Below are positions 41,310 through 51,645 of a stretch of 62,373 nt of DNA, in pieces. Origin of the DNA: Promethearchaeota archaeon (GTDB lineage Archaea > Asgardarchaeota > Lokiarchaeia > Sigyniarchaeales > SOKP01); assembly GCA_016839705.1 (NCBI GenBank), contig JAEOTR010000066.1:1-62373 (forward strand). Reading direction: 5' to 3'. The position numbers and the translations under genes are program-made. The stretch's first letter is position 1; every line of letters begins with the position of its first letter. The notes beneath the pieces were generated by a model that had not been told where the DNA came from, did no database searches, and saw only the letters and a list, made by a program, of their open reading frames with translations.

Positions 41310-41957
41310 TCAAAAAATTTCTTGTTGTTTTATAATAATATCTTTAGTTTTTTTCAATCTTACATAATTTTCTCTTTCAATTTCTTCTAAACTATCTTTA
41401 ATCTGTTTAATATCTACTTTTAATTTTGGAATTATTACATTTTTCAACCCATTGATCCTTCGATTTACATTTTTAAAATTAATCGAAATCTTTAATATTA
41501 AATCTTCAATTTCGGAAAATTGGCTAATATTTTCAAGCAATTCTTTTAATGAATTAATTAAATCTTCAATATAATGACTTGTACCATCGAATGTATATGC
41601 TGGTAATTTTTCTTCTTCAAATATTTCATAGTCTAGTTGAGAAACTAGAATTCCCATTTTTTTAATATTTTCAATGTGTATTCTCGGTTTATACTGGATT
41701 CTACTCAATTTGCTAATTAAATTTAATCCATTCTTTCCCATTTCTCGATAGGTTTTATTTAAGTAGCTTAGAGATTTCTTATATGTAATCATAAACTCAC
41801 TTCTCCCCTTGAGATAATCATTCCATAAATTAGAAATTTGAAACATCAATTGCTCCCTTCTAAATTCTAAAAAAGTTGCTCCTTTAATCGCGAATGATAA
41901 TCTCTTCCGTAAAGCCATTAAATTTGTTTTTGTAGCTTTAACTTCTCTAAAACTTAT
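41310..41957 (-). CDS. atpD: A/V-type ATP synthase subunit D
   Basis: RRINGLKNVIIP, LEEIERENYVRLKK; conserved N-terminus (ISFREVKATKTNL) extends to ATA at 41957. Confidence 0.88.
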   Translation of the reverse strand: MSFREVKATKTNLMALRKRLSFAIKGATFLEFRREQLMFQISNLWNDYLKGRSEFMITYKKSLSYLNKTYREMGKNGLNLISKLSRIQYKPRIHIENIKKMGILVSQLDYEIFEEEKLPAYTFDGTSHYIEDLINSLKELLENISQFSEIEDLILKISINFKNVNRRINGLKNVIIPKLKVDIKQIKDSLEEIERENYVRLKKTKDIIIKQQEIF

Positions 41958-41960
41958 AGC

Positions 41961-43352
41961 CTACACCTTTGGTTGATAATATTTATCGATAAATCTTTGA
42001 TGTATTCTAATTAATTGGTTTTTACTTAAGTTAGAAATTACATCCCATGCAATTGTTAAAGTCATATTGAAATCTCGATTTTCATTCGATTTCTGATTTA
42101 AAAATACTTCTTCAAATTCTCTTCCAAACTTTAATATGCTTTGTTGATCATAATTTAGACCATCTTCACCAACAATTGAGATAAGATCTTTAACTTCAAG
42201 ATAATTTGAATATGATGCTAATAATTGAGAACTCACATCAGCATGATCTTCTCTAGTACTCACTTTACCGATAGCATCTTTCATTAATCGAGAAATTGAC
42301 GCTAACACTTCAAAAGGAGGGTAAATACCTTTCTTATGTAAGTTTCGGCTAAGAACTAGCTGTCCTTCAGTGATGTATCCAGTAGTGTCAGGGATGGGAT
42401 GCGAGATATCATCGTTTGGCATTGTAAGTATCGGGATTTGTGTTATCGATCCCTTTTTCCCTTTTATCATCCCAGTTCTCTCATAAAGAGACGCAAAGTC
42501 AGAATAAATATATCCAGGATATCCTTTTCGACTTGGTATCTCTTCTTTAGCAGAGCTAAGTTCTCTTAAGGCTTCTGCATAATTAGTCATATCTATTAAT
42601 ATAACAAGAACGTGCATATCTTTTTCAAAAGCAAAATATTCCGCGGTGGTTAAAGCCACCCTAGGTATGATTAATCTTTCAATAATAGGATCATCCGCAA
42701 AATTTATAAAAAAGATGATATTTTGAAGGGTTCCACTTTCTTGAAATCGTTTTAGAAAGTAAATTGCCTCATCCTGAATAATTCCAATTCCACAAAAAAT
42801 AATTGCAAAGGGTTCTTCTGAAGTGACTTTCGCTTGAGTAGCTATTTGAGCTGCGATTTTATTATGAGGTAATCCTTGACCACTAAAAATAGGAAGTTTC
42901 TGACCTCTAATCAAGGTAAATAATCCATCAATTACAGATATTCCCGTCTGAACAACTTCTACAGGATACAATCTAGCGAAAGGATTTACAGGAATCCCAT
43001 TTATATCTCTCTGAACATCGGTCAATATATCAGAATCTAAAACAGTTTTTGTTTTGATATCAATGGGCTTTCCCATGGAGTTAAATGTCTGTCCAAACAT
43101 GTCTTTTGAGATCTTAACGTTGAAAATGTCTTCTGTAAATATAATTTCTGCATTTTCGGAAGATATTCCAGTAGTATCTTCAAAAACTTCAACAATAATT
43201 AAATCCTCACTCATTTTTACTATTTGTCCCGTACGGATAATATTGTCGTCGGTCTTAATTTTTACAATCTCGCCATACTGAGCGTCATGTTCATTTTTCA
43301 GAAATAATAAAGGTCCAATTATTCTTTGTATTTTATTATAAATTACACTCAT
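41961..43352 (-). CDS. atpB: A/V-type ATP synthase subunit B
   Basis: RGQKLPIFSG.GLPHN, DMTNYAEALRE, GYPGY.YSD, HPIPD.TGYITEGQ. Confidence 0.95.
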   Translation of the reverse strand: MSVIYNKIQRIIGPLLFLKNEHDAQYGEIVKIKTDDNIIRTGQIVKMSEDLIIVEVFEDTTGISSENAEIIFTEDIFNVKISKDMFGQTFNSMGKPIDIKTKTVLDSDILTDVQRDINGIPVNPFARLYPVEVVQTGISVIDGLFTLIRGQKLPIFSGQGLPHNKIAAQIATQAKVTSEEPFAIIFCGIGIIQDEAIYFLKRFQESGTLQNIIFFINFADDPIIERLIIPRVALTTAEYFAFEKDMHVLVILIDMTNYAEALRELSSAKEEIPSRKGYPGYIYSDFASLYERTGMIKGKKGSITQIPILTMPNDDISHPIPDTTGYITEGQLVLSRNLHKKGIYPPFEVLASISRLMKDAIGKVSTREDHADVSSQLLASYSNYLEVKDLISIVGEDGLNYDQQSILKFGREFEEVFLNQKSNENRDFNMTLTIAWDVISNLSKNQLIRIHQRFIDKYYQPKV

Positions 43353-45190
43353 CTTTTGAAAACTCCTCTCGTTAGTTTTAATGATTCAATTTCATTCAAT
43401 AATATCTTTTTTAGAGATTCTATTTTCATGAATTTATCATTGGGAATCTCTTGACCTATTCTCAAGACATCATTTATAGTACGAAGGGATTTAATATCTT
43501 CCATATAAAATCCTTGTTTCATAAGCTCTTTACCCTCCTTATAGATTAACAGGATCATCTTAATCATTCCCAATAGTTTGCCTGTGCTGGTATAGTTATC
43601 AATCTCATCGAATGCATTTTGAATTAAGAACCCTTCTTTAATTAGTTTCGCTATAAATAAATCTAATTGCTGATCTTCAGGTAAATTTTCTTCTCCTATT
43701 AATTGTGTAACATATTTTAATTCATTATCTTGTGATAGAATATCGTTAACTTGCTGACGACATTCAAACCAATCGAGATCCATTTCTGACCAATTTATAT
43801 CTCTTTCATACCACCATTCAGATATATAATCTGGATAATTTGAATAAGAGTTTAACCAATTAATCGCAGGATAATGCTTTGAATAAGCTAAAGCTGCATC
43901 TAACGCCCAGATTCCTTGAACAAAGTTTTTAGTTGTTGTAGTCACTGGTTCACTAAAATCCCCTGCAGGAGGAGATACTGAACCTACGATAGTTAAAGAC
44001 CCAAATCTCTCCTTCCCAGATTCATCTTTTCCAAATACTTTCACATGGCCAGCTCGCTCATAAAAGCTAGAAAGTCTTGAAGGTAAATATGCAGGATAAC
44101 CTTCTTCGGCAGGCATTTCCTCCAATAATCCAGAAATTTCTCTTAAGGATTCTGCCCATCTTGAAGTACTATCTGCAAGAACTGCAACATCATAACCCAT
44201 ATCTCTATAATATTCTGCTATAGTGACTCCCGAAAAAATACTAGCTTCCCGAGCAGAAACTGGCATGTTAGAGGTATTGGCAATTAATATTATCCTTTCT
44301 AGTAAAGGACGTTCACTTTTAGGATCGATCAGCTCAGTAAATTGTTTTAATACATCAGCTATCTCATTGCCACGCTCTCCACAACCCACAAATATAATTA
44401 CATCAGCATTACACCATTTAGCAATCGACTGTTGAATAACGGTCTTTCCTGTCCCAAAACCTCCTGGAACTCCAATTGTACCACCCTTAGTTATTGGAAA
44501 AAGTAAATCTATAACTCTCATCCCGGTGATCAATGGTTCTTTCGGCTCCCCCCGCTCCATAAAAGGTCTAGATTTATTCACGGGCCATTTCTGAAGCATA
44601 GTAAAAGACTTCTCGTTATTATCTATGATTACCCGGTAAATTTCATCTTTATTTGTATAATCATCTTCAGACGTGATAAATGATAATTTTCCGGTGATAT
44701 TGGGGGGAACCATTATTTTATGTTCAATTAGAGGAGTTTCTTGCACAACTCCTATAATATCGCCACCTGTTACATTCTCATTAATCTCTCTTACTGGAAT
44801 AAAATGCCACTTCTTTGTTCTTGATAGGGAAGGTATTTCTAATCCCCTTCTTAGACTTCCGTCCTTATAAAGATTAAAAGCGCTTTCTAGTGGTCTCTGG
44901 ATTCCATCAAAAACATTTCCTAAGAGTCCAGGTCCCAATTCCATAGAAAGAGGTTCATCTAAAGATATTATTTGATCATTAATACGTAAGCTAGTAGTAT
45001 TTTCAAAACATTGGGCAACTACATAGTCAGAATAAATGTGAATTACTTCTCCTAGAATATTTTGTTTACTAACCTTAATTAAATCATGGATTCTAACACT
45101 ATCTTCAATTCCCTTAATGTGTATCAAAGAACCACTTATTGCGGAAATAAAACCATATTGGTGAGTGCTATTAGAATTGGATTTGATCAT
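43349..45190 (-). CDS. atpA: A/V-type ATP synthase subunit A
   Basis: [37 protein letters not shown]. Confidence 0.96.
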   Translation of the reverse strand: MIKSNSNSTHQYGFISAISGSLIHIKGIEDSVRIHDLIKVSKQNILGEVIHIYSDYVVAQCFENTTSLRINDQIISLDEPLSMELGPGLLGNVFDGIQRPLESAFNLYKDGSLRRGLEIPSLSRTKKWHFIPVREINENVTGGDIIGVVQETPLIEHKIMVPPNITGKLSFITSEDDYTNKDEIYRVIIDNNEKSFTMLQKWPVNKSRPFMERGEPKEPLITGMRVIDLLFPITKGGTIGVPGGFGTGKTVIQQSIAKWCNADVIIFVGCGERGNEIADVLKQFTELIDPKSERPLLERIILIANTSNMPVSAREASIFSGVTIAEYYRDMGYDVAVLADSTSRWAESLREISGLLEEMPAEEGYPAYLPSRLSSFYERAGHVKVFGKDESGKERFGSLTIVGSVSPPAGDFSEPVTTTTKNFVQGIWALDAALAYSKHYPAINWLNSYSNYPDYISEWWYERDINWSEMDLDWFECRQQVNDILSQDNELKYVTQLIGEENLPEDQQLDLFIAKLIKEGFLIQNAFDEIDNYTSTGKLLGMIKMILLIYKEGKELMKQGFYMEDIKSLRTINDVLRIGQEIPNDKFMKIESLKKILLNEIESLKLTRGVFKR

Positions 45191-45899
45191 ATTGTTCGAG
45201 ATATTCGGATATTTTTGTTTTTTGATTTTGAATAAATTTGTTAAAGTTATCTTCTATTTGCTTAATTTCTGAATCATTGACAATTTTAGAAATTTCCATT
45301 TGGATAAATGAGGATTTGATATCTATTAAATTATCAATTGTATAATCATAAGAGATTGTCCCACCGACTAATGAAATTTTAAATCCTCCTATAAAATCAT
45401 CCGCATCTTTATCAATTTCAACAGGATTTTTAAACAAACCTTGAATTTTACTATAATCCTTTAATAAATAATTATAATCCCGAGAGTTAAAAATAAGTTC
45501 TATTTCTTGGGGTTTGTTTATAGTATTCTTAATCTCTCTTATATTATTTATTAAAAATTCTATATATTTTGGATAATTTTTTTCTATTTTCTCTTTTATA
45601 AGTTTAGCTAGACTACTTTTTAATTCTTTAATTAATCGGTTTTTCAAAGCCATAAACTTTTCTTTACCTTTCAGTAGAGTATTTGAAAGCATTTGATTTA
45701 AAAAGTTATCATAGTTATCTATAAAATGCTCTTTTAATTTTAAAGATCGTTCATCACTTCTTTCAAAAAACCTTTTCTTTATCTCAGCTTTTTGAAATAA
45801 TGTTTGTTGATTGAATTTTTTAATCTCTTCTTGAGCTTTCTCAACTAAATACAATCCTAAGTTGCCAAACGTTTTCTTTGTATCTTTTTCTTCTGAAAT
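45171..45899 (-). CDS. atpE: A/V-type ATP synthase subunit E
   Basis: Helical N-terminus, IGGFKI...YDYTIDN; operon position; probable ATT start at 45899 after GAGGT. Confidence 0.8.
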   Translation of the reverse strand: MSEEKDTKKTFGNLGLYLVEKAQEEIKKFNQQTLFQKAEIKKRFFERSDERSLKLKEHFIDNYDNFLNQMLSNTLLKGKEKFMALKNRLIKELKSSLAKLIKEKIEKNYPKYIEFLINNIREIKNTINKPQEIELIFNSRDYNYLLKDYSKIQGLFKNPVEIDKDADDFIGGFKISLVGGTISYDYTIDNLIDIKSSFIQMEISKIVNDSEIKQIEDNFNKFIQNQKTKISEYLEQYDQIQF

Positions 45900-45916
45900 T
45901 TTACCTCAACTCATTA

Positions 45917-46237
45917 TTAAGATATAATATTTCCAATAGCTTCGAATATTTTATTTTTCATTACATCTCCTTTATCAACATCGTGTTGAAAGACATCTGG
46001 AAGTATAAATATTAAAGGAGACTTATGAATAAATTTAAAATTTAATAAGAAATCATAATCTGCGGGAGACAATTGTAAACCAATTATTATCATGCCAATA
46101 GACGTATCCTTTATTAATGTTTTAAATTTTTCGAGGAATGAATCACCTGTCTCAATTACTGTCCCGTCGATCCCTAAAAGCCCCAACATTAAAACAATGT
46201 CGTCATCTCCTAAAACATGTACTTTTTGATCTAGCAT
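45917..46237 (-). CDS. atpF: A/V-type ATP synthase subunit F
   Basis: VHVLGDDD.V..L.L.GI, IGMIII, P...LPD, AIG. Confidence 0.85.
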   Translation of the reverse strand: MLDQKVHVLGDDDIVLMLGLLGIDGTVIETGDSFLEKFKTLIKDTSIGMIIIGLQLSPADYDFLLNFKFIHKSPLIFILPDVFQHDVDKGDVMKNKIFEAIGNIIS

Positions 46238-46548
46238 TAAAAATCCAATCCCATCTCATCTATTATTATTTTATGTAAATTCCCCATTTCTTCCTGAAAT
46301 TTTACTTCAATTTTATTAATGGCTTTATCTATTTGATCTCCAAATTCATTAATTTGTGAATCACCACTTGTTGTAAGTGTAATCAAGGCATCGTTGACTA
46401 ATTCATTTTTTCTCTCAATAAACGTCTCAAATTGTTTTGTTTGCTGATCTCTGAAACCTTCAATATCTTTTAAATTGATATCCTTCGCATTCTTTATTAA
46501 ATTTTCATAAAGTCTTTCAATATCCTTTATCCATTCAAATAAATCCAT
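46237..46548 (-). CDS. Probable A/V-type ATP synthase subunit G/H (peripheral stalk)
   Basis: 103-aa helical protein (IKDIE..YE.LI.NAK) inside the operon. Confidence 0.55.
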   Translation of the reverse strand: MDLFEWIKDIERLYENLIKNAKDINLKDIEGFRDQQTKQFETFIERKNELVNDALITLTTSGDSQINEFGDQIDKAINKIEVKFQEEMGNLHKIIIDEMGLDF

Positions 46549-46585
46549 GATTGTTCTTTTTTCATTATTTTTCTATTTTTATTCT

Positions 46586-47650
46586 CTATTTTAATAACTG
46601 ATATTTCTCGTGAAGAATATCGACTATTTTTGGTAAAATATACAACCTAATCTCCTTATCTTTTTTTATTAATACTTCTAAAATTTTGTAAATTGCTTGA
46701 TATTCAATGTCATCTAGTTTCATTTCAAATGTCTTGAAATAGTATTGAAGATATAATTTCTCAAGAGACCATATTAAATGCTCTTGATTGAGTGGTGATC
46801 TCAATAGATATGATCTTATTTCTTTATTATTTCTTAAATGCTGATTAAGCAGTAAAGTAAAATCCTCTATATTTGTTAAACTCATTAATTTAAGAAATAT
46901 CTCTTTATCAAAAAAGAGATTACTATCTACCAATAGCTGCAAAATAAGATTTCTATCAACATTATTAATGATCCCTCTATAAATTAAATTTAAATTATAG
47001 ATCTCCGAGATATATTCAGTGTATAATGAGATTAACATCTTTTCTTTCATATTGAGGTGTTTCATATCTCTTTTCATATTATTATAATAGAGTTGATCCA
47101 AAAAGGTTTCAAGCACAAAAATTTCATTGGTGTTCTTAAAGTAAAGAATTCCTTCTCTAATCACTTTATTATATTTAGTAGATCGCATGAATAGTTGAAG
47201 CTCATCTAAGGAGGGAATTTCAATTAATTCATTAATGAAATCCGTATGGTTTAAGTATTTTTCGACTAGTTTATTGACCATCAAGGATTTTTCAGTTACG
47301 CTCATTCCTAGAATAGTACCAAGGATTACACTTTTTATATTCATGATTTCGTATTTCATCAAATAATCTCTTAAAAAAATCCTCATATTTGACGGAGAAT
47401 ACTGTATTATCTTCCCTATTAATTTAATATAATTATGAAATAGAGCTTTCTCAATGTCTTCAATTACATATGTATTGAAATTAAGGCCAGGGTAATATCG
47501 GCTAATAAAATCAACAAATTCTCTTATTTCTGTGATCTCATCCAATTTTTGGAGCGTCTCTTCATTCATTATTAACTGTTTCAAAAATCCGATTTTAATT
47601 ACTGTGTAAGCGTAACTTGGCACAATGATGCTCGTTTTGAAGACCCCCAA
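46586..47650 (-). CDS. atpC: A/V-type ATP synthase subunit C (d)
   Basis: YAY...I, KYEIMNIK.VI.G, LE..LDQ.YY, EIYNL.LIYRG. Confidence 0.82.
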   Translation of the reverse strand: MGVFKTSIIVPSYAYTVIKIGFLKQLIMNEETLQKLDEITEIREFVDFISRYYPGLNFNTYVIEDIEKALFHNYIKLIGKIIQYSPSNMRIFLRDYLMKYEIMNIKSVILGTILGMSVTEKSLMVNKLVEKYLNHTDFINELIEIPSLDELQLFMRSTKYNKVIREGILYFKNTNEIFVLETFLDQLYYNNMKRDMKHLNMKEKMLISLYTEYISEIYNLNLIYRGIINNVDRNLILQLLVDSNLFFDKEIFLKLMSLTNIEDFTLLLNQHLRNNKEIRSYLLRSPLNQEHLIWSLEKLYLQYYFKTFEMKLDDIEYQAIYKILEVLIKKDKEIRLYILPKIVDILHEKYQLLK

Positions 47651-47696
47651 TAATGCTATTACTTAGATCTTACATTAGGAAGAAATATTACATTTC

Positions 47697-48062
47697 TTAC
47701 AATGGACTTGGAATTTTAGTCCAAAGTAAAATTGCAACTATCAATCCATATATTGCTAATGCTTCACATAAAGCTACTACGAGGAATGCTTTAAAGAAAG
47801 CTTCTTCCCGTTCTGAAAGTGCACTTATTGCAGCCGTACCTACGGTTTTCATAGCCCAAGCACTTCCTAATACAGCACAACTCACTGAAATCGCAACTGC
47901 TAAACCTAACGCTATAGTGGTTGCAGAATCATAATAATCAAGAGTAGTAGGAACTTGAGCAGCAACAAAAGTTACAATACCATTTGAAGTAAAAATAACT
48001 AAGAAAATTAAGAACACTTGAAATGAAGCAAGTAGTAAATAAAATTTTTGTCTGCCATTCAT
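47697..48062 (-). CDS. atpK: A/V-type ATP synthase proteolipid subunit K (c)
   Basis: VGTAAISALSE...LCEALAIYGLIVA; N-terminal hydrophobic leader. Confidence 0.92.
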   Translation of the reverse strand: MNGRQKFYLLLASFQVFLIFLVIFTSNGIVTFVAAQVPTTLDYYDSATTIALGLAVAISVSCAVLGSAWAMKTVGTAAISALSEREEAFFKAFLVVALCEALAIYGLIVAILLWTKIPSPL

Positions 48063-48476
48063 AAATCTAACATCTTCGTTAGTATTTAAAATAATTATTA
48101 AATTTAAAAATGATAAGGAAAAACTAGCGTATAAATTTTCTCTTTATTAAAGATTAAATGGTGGTTTTATTTAGCCAATAATATAAAAATCGAAAAAAAA
48201 GTTAAGGACTTATGCGTAGAAAGATTCTTACTAATTAAGTGTTTAAAAAAGTCTACTTTAATCTAATAAGATAGTTTCGACATTTAAAAGTAAATAGAAT
48301 TACTGGAGAAACTATATATTAATCAAAAAAATTAACTTCTAGTAAACCTATATCATATATGAAATACTAAAAAATGGTTTTTTAAAATACGTATAATATA
48401 AAAGATATCTTAGTAAATATTATAGAAATTTCTTAGATTTAATGGATAGTAAATCTTAAAGATAAAAAAAGAAGAA

Positions 48477-48668
48477 ATGGTGAATTATATGAGTAAAAAA
48501 TATGAACACCGAGTAGACTCCCTTAAAGACCATAAAAAAGAAACAAAAATAGGTGTCTATCGACAAAAAAAAAAAAGCCCTAATTTGAGAAGTAAGAAGA
48601 TAAGCACACAAAAGAAAGCTTTTAAAGATTTGCAGAAAAAAATGGAAAAAAGCAAAAAAACCTGGTAA
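48477..48668 (+). CDS. Small Lys-rich hypothetical protein
   Basis: 63-aa basic ORF. Confidence 0.4.
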   Translation: MVNYMSKKYEHRVDSLKDHKKETKIGVYRQKKKSPNLRSKKISTQKKAFKDLQKKMEKSKKTW

Positions 48669-49163
48669 AATTTTTCCCTCTTAAAGAAATTCTGATATTC
48701 ATAGAATTACGTTCATTTAGCTTCATTTATCGTTTTACGGAATTGTCAGTATTAAGATATTTAGAAAAATTACACATTCAAATGTGTGATGATTTAAAAT
48801 TTGATTTTTCTTTTAAAAAAGTATTTTTTATATGATTTCAGAATATTCACACTATATGGTAAGAGAATAAAGCAAATAGGGGTAATATTTATATACACAA
48901 AAAATTAAATTACAGAACTAATTGAAGCTATTGATAGAATCATTGTGTGTAGCATCGCAATATTAATATTACCAAGGATTAAAGGAAATGATTTTTAAAT
49001 CGATCCTAAAAAAATCAACTGGATTTATAAATAATTTTTCTTCCCAATAATCAATCCCTTATAAGACTGTTGATTATATACATTTATCAAAAACATTTCA
49101 AAAAAGATCTTAGTTTTAATACAAATAGTTATATTTAAAATATCTTGTTAAATTAAAATCCTT

Positions 49164-49697
49164 ATGAATCTGTGGAAAGATATCCCAGTTGGAGATGATC
49201 CACCAAGTATTTTAAATGCTGTCATTGAGGTTATAAGTGGTTCAAGAGATAAATATGAGTACAAACCTGAGTGGGAAGCATTTATCCTAGATCGAGTAAT
49301 TCCCTCCTCGGTAATTTTTCCAGTTGAATATGGATTTGTTCCCCAAACGTTATCTGATGATAATGATCCACTTGATATAATGGTATTAAGTTATGAACCC
49401 TTAGAAGTGGGTTGTATTGTAAAAGTTCGGGTGATTGGCGCTTTGGTAATTGAAGATGAAAAAGGGGATGACCCTAAGATTTTATCAGTTTTGGTAAATG
49501 ATGCAAGGTTTGAAGGTTATAAAGACATATATGATGTTCATATCTATAAACTTAAGGAAATTCAAGAATTCTATGAGACCTATAAAAGATTAGAACCACA
49601 TAAATGGGTAAAATTTAAAGAATGGAAAAATGCAGAAGGTGCAAAAAAACTTGTTAATTCTTCAATCAAGCAATTTTATAATCTTTATATGAAATAA
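49164..49697 (+). CDS. ppa: Soluble inorganic pyrophosphatase (family I)
   Basis: KYEY, LDR, YGFVPQT..DDNDPLD, DEKG.D.K, YK.LE. Confidence 0.95.
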   Translation: MNLWKDIPVGDDPPSILNAVIEVISGSRDKYEYKPEWEAFILDRVIPSSVIFPVEYGFVPQTLSDDNDPLDIMVLSYEPLEVGCIVKVRVIGALVIEDEKGDDPKILSVLVNDARFEGYKDIYDVHIYKLKEIQEFYETYKRLEPHKWVKFKEWKNAEGAKKLVNSSIKQFYNLYMK

Positions 49698-49920
49698 TAA
49701 ATAAGTTTTTTTAAACAATATTATGATGCTATTTTAAGCATAAAACCTGATAAATCTAATAAAAACGGCTTATATTCATCTTTGAGGAGATAATTAAATC
49801 ATCTATATTAAAAAATGATGACATTTTCTATTATCATTACATTTAGGGAATAAGGAATTCCTTGGTATCTTGTGAATTTATTTTAATTTAAGAAGGATTT
49901 TGTATGTAATAAAATTAGGT

Positions 49921-50667
49921 TTATTTATTAATTATTATAAACATCCATGCAAGGAAGCTATTGATCTTAATATTCACAGATAAATTTTGAAATATAATTT
50001 GTTTTATCTCAGCAGGCGTATAGCTAGATTGAATTGAGCCTAAAGGCTCGTTAACTTCCTTTAAAGCTTTTGGAACAACAACTTTAGTCGCAAATTTAAA
50101 AAGGTAGTAAAAAATTTTACGAGCATCTCTTCTAAAATCAAAGATTAAGATTGTACCATCCTCGTTCAAAATACGCTGAAATTCTTGAAATGCTTTTATT
50201 GGATGAAGCCAATGATGTAGTGATAAACTGCTTACGATAAAATTAATAGAGTTGTCAGGAAAAGGTAATTTTTCAACGGATCCTTCTTTAAAATCTATTC
50301 TTTCCCCTAATTCATGTTTAAACGCTCTTTCTTTCGCTAATTTAAGAATTTCTGACGAAATATCCGTGCCAGTGAGAAACAAATATGGGAACTTTTCTGC
50401 AATTTCCACTAATAGATTTCCTGAACCACAACCTACATCTATTAAGTGTCCTTGAGGTTCTTTTTTATTAATTTGGTTTAATACCTTTCTTCGCAAGAGT
50501 TTAAAGGGCAGAAAATCTGTCATTTTTTCAAACGCTTTTGCAATCTCTGGATTATCAAGCCCTTCAAGGTTAGGGCGTCTATAATTCTTTTTACGGGGTA
50601 AAATGATAATTAAAATGAAGAGAATGATGATTCCAAGAGCAATTAAAAAAATGTACAATAAGGTCAT
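49921..50667 (-). CDS. Class I SAM-dependent methyltransferase with N-terminal TM anchor
   Basis: IDVGCGSG, LPFPDNS, SLHHW. Confidence 0.9.
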   Translation of the reverse strand: MTLLYIFLIALGIIILFILIIILPRKKNYRRPNLEGLDNPEIAKAFEKMTDFLPFKLLRRKVLNQINKKEPQGHLIDVGCGSGNLLVEIAEKFPYLFLTGTDISSEILKLAKERAFKHELGERIDFKEGSVEKLPFPDNSINFIVSSLSLHHWLHPIKAFQEFQRILNEDGTILIFDFRRDARKIFYYLFKFATKVVVPKALKEVNEPLGSIQSSYTPAEIKQIIFQNLSVNIKINSFLAWMFIIINK

Positions 50668-50722
50668 AAATTCCCCTCCTGATTTTTATCATTATTGATG
50701 AACTCGAAGAAAAATAAGAGAT

Positions 50723-51478
50723 TCACTGTTTTTCTTCAAATAATAATTTATGAATTTTTATCATTGTTCCTATATTAATCTGTCCAACTTTCGACTCATC
50801 ATCTAACGAGCTTTCAGTGAAGAAAGAACCGAATTTGACGCATGTTATTCTTGAGAAGAGTCCCAACTCGTTAGAGCAAAAAGAAACCATCCTGCGTCCC
50901 TCACTCAAAAATTTATTTAGTAATTCTATAGGTATTAAATTATCTTCGAATTTTTGGGCGGTAAATATTACTTTATAGATACTTTTATTGATTATCTTTT
51001 TATTAATGAATAATTTAACTTCTAATTTGTATATAAATTTTTCAATAAATGCTAAGCTTTCGTTTAAACCAGGTGTTCTTTCAAAATCATAATGAGAAAA
51101 TATTAAATCAACTACGTTTGTTTCTCCTAAAAAAGCAACCTCACTTAAAATGTGATTATCAGCATTCATTTCTATTTCAAAATAGTCTGGTTTAGCTTCA
51201 ATCAAAACTTTTAAAATTTTTAATCTTTCCTTTTCATTTATTGTGATTTTTCCTCCTTTAGGGGGCTCTCTAAGGGAAAAAATAACGGGAAATTTTGGTT
51301 GAATAAATCCCAGTAATTTTTTTAAAAAATCCTTAGTTATAATTTGAATATTATCAATACAATCAAATTGTAATTCGAAAATTCTAGCTCCTGATTTTAC
51401 CGCATCCTCAATGTTTCTTTGATTTTCAGGAATGTTATCCGTTTTTATAGGAATCGATTTACAAATATTAAATTTCAT
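50723..51478 (-). CDS. aroD: Type I 3-dehydroquinate dehydratase-like protein (divergent)
   Basis: GA..EL..D, PVIFSLR...GG, S..DF..TP, SRI...FGS, GQI. Confidence 0.65.
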   Translation of the reverse strand: MKFNICKSIPIKTDNIPENQRNIEDAVKSGARIFELQFDCIDNIQIITKDFLKKLLGFIQPKFPVIFSLREPPKGGKITINEKERLKILKVLIEAKPDYFEIEMNADNHILSEVAFLGETNVVDLIFSHYDFERTPGLNESLAFIEKFIYKLEVKLFINKKIINKSIYKVIFTAQKFEDNLIPIELLNKFLSEGRRMVSFCSNELGLFSRITCVKFGSFFTESSLDDESKVGQINIGTMIKIHKLLFEEKQ

Positions 51479-51645
51479 AATTACTCAATTTTCTTTTTAT
51501 TTAAGATCTATTGTGTATATTTTTTTTTCATAACAATAAAAGTTAATCCGTAAATTAAAAAATTCAAAGTTTGTTTTAAAGAGATTACAGAAATAAGAAA
51601 GTTGTTGATTCTCTAAAACAGTTGAATTTCCATTTGAAAAAGATA

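Noticed and set aside
48063-49163. Long AT-rich intergenic stretches as possible ncRNA, origin or CRISPR
   Set aside because: No regular repeats, GC-rich structured segment or ORB-like boxes were recognised.
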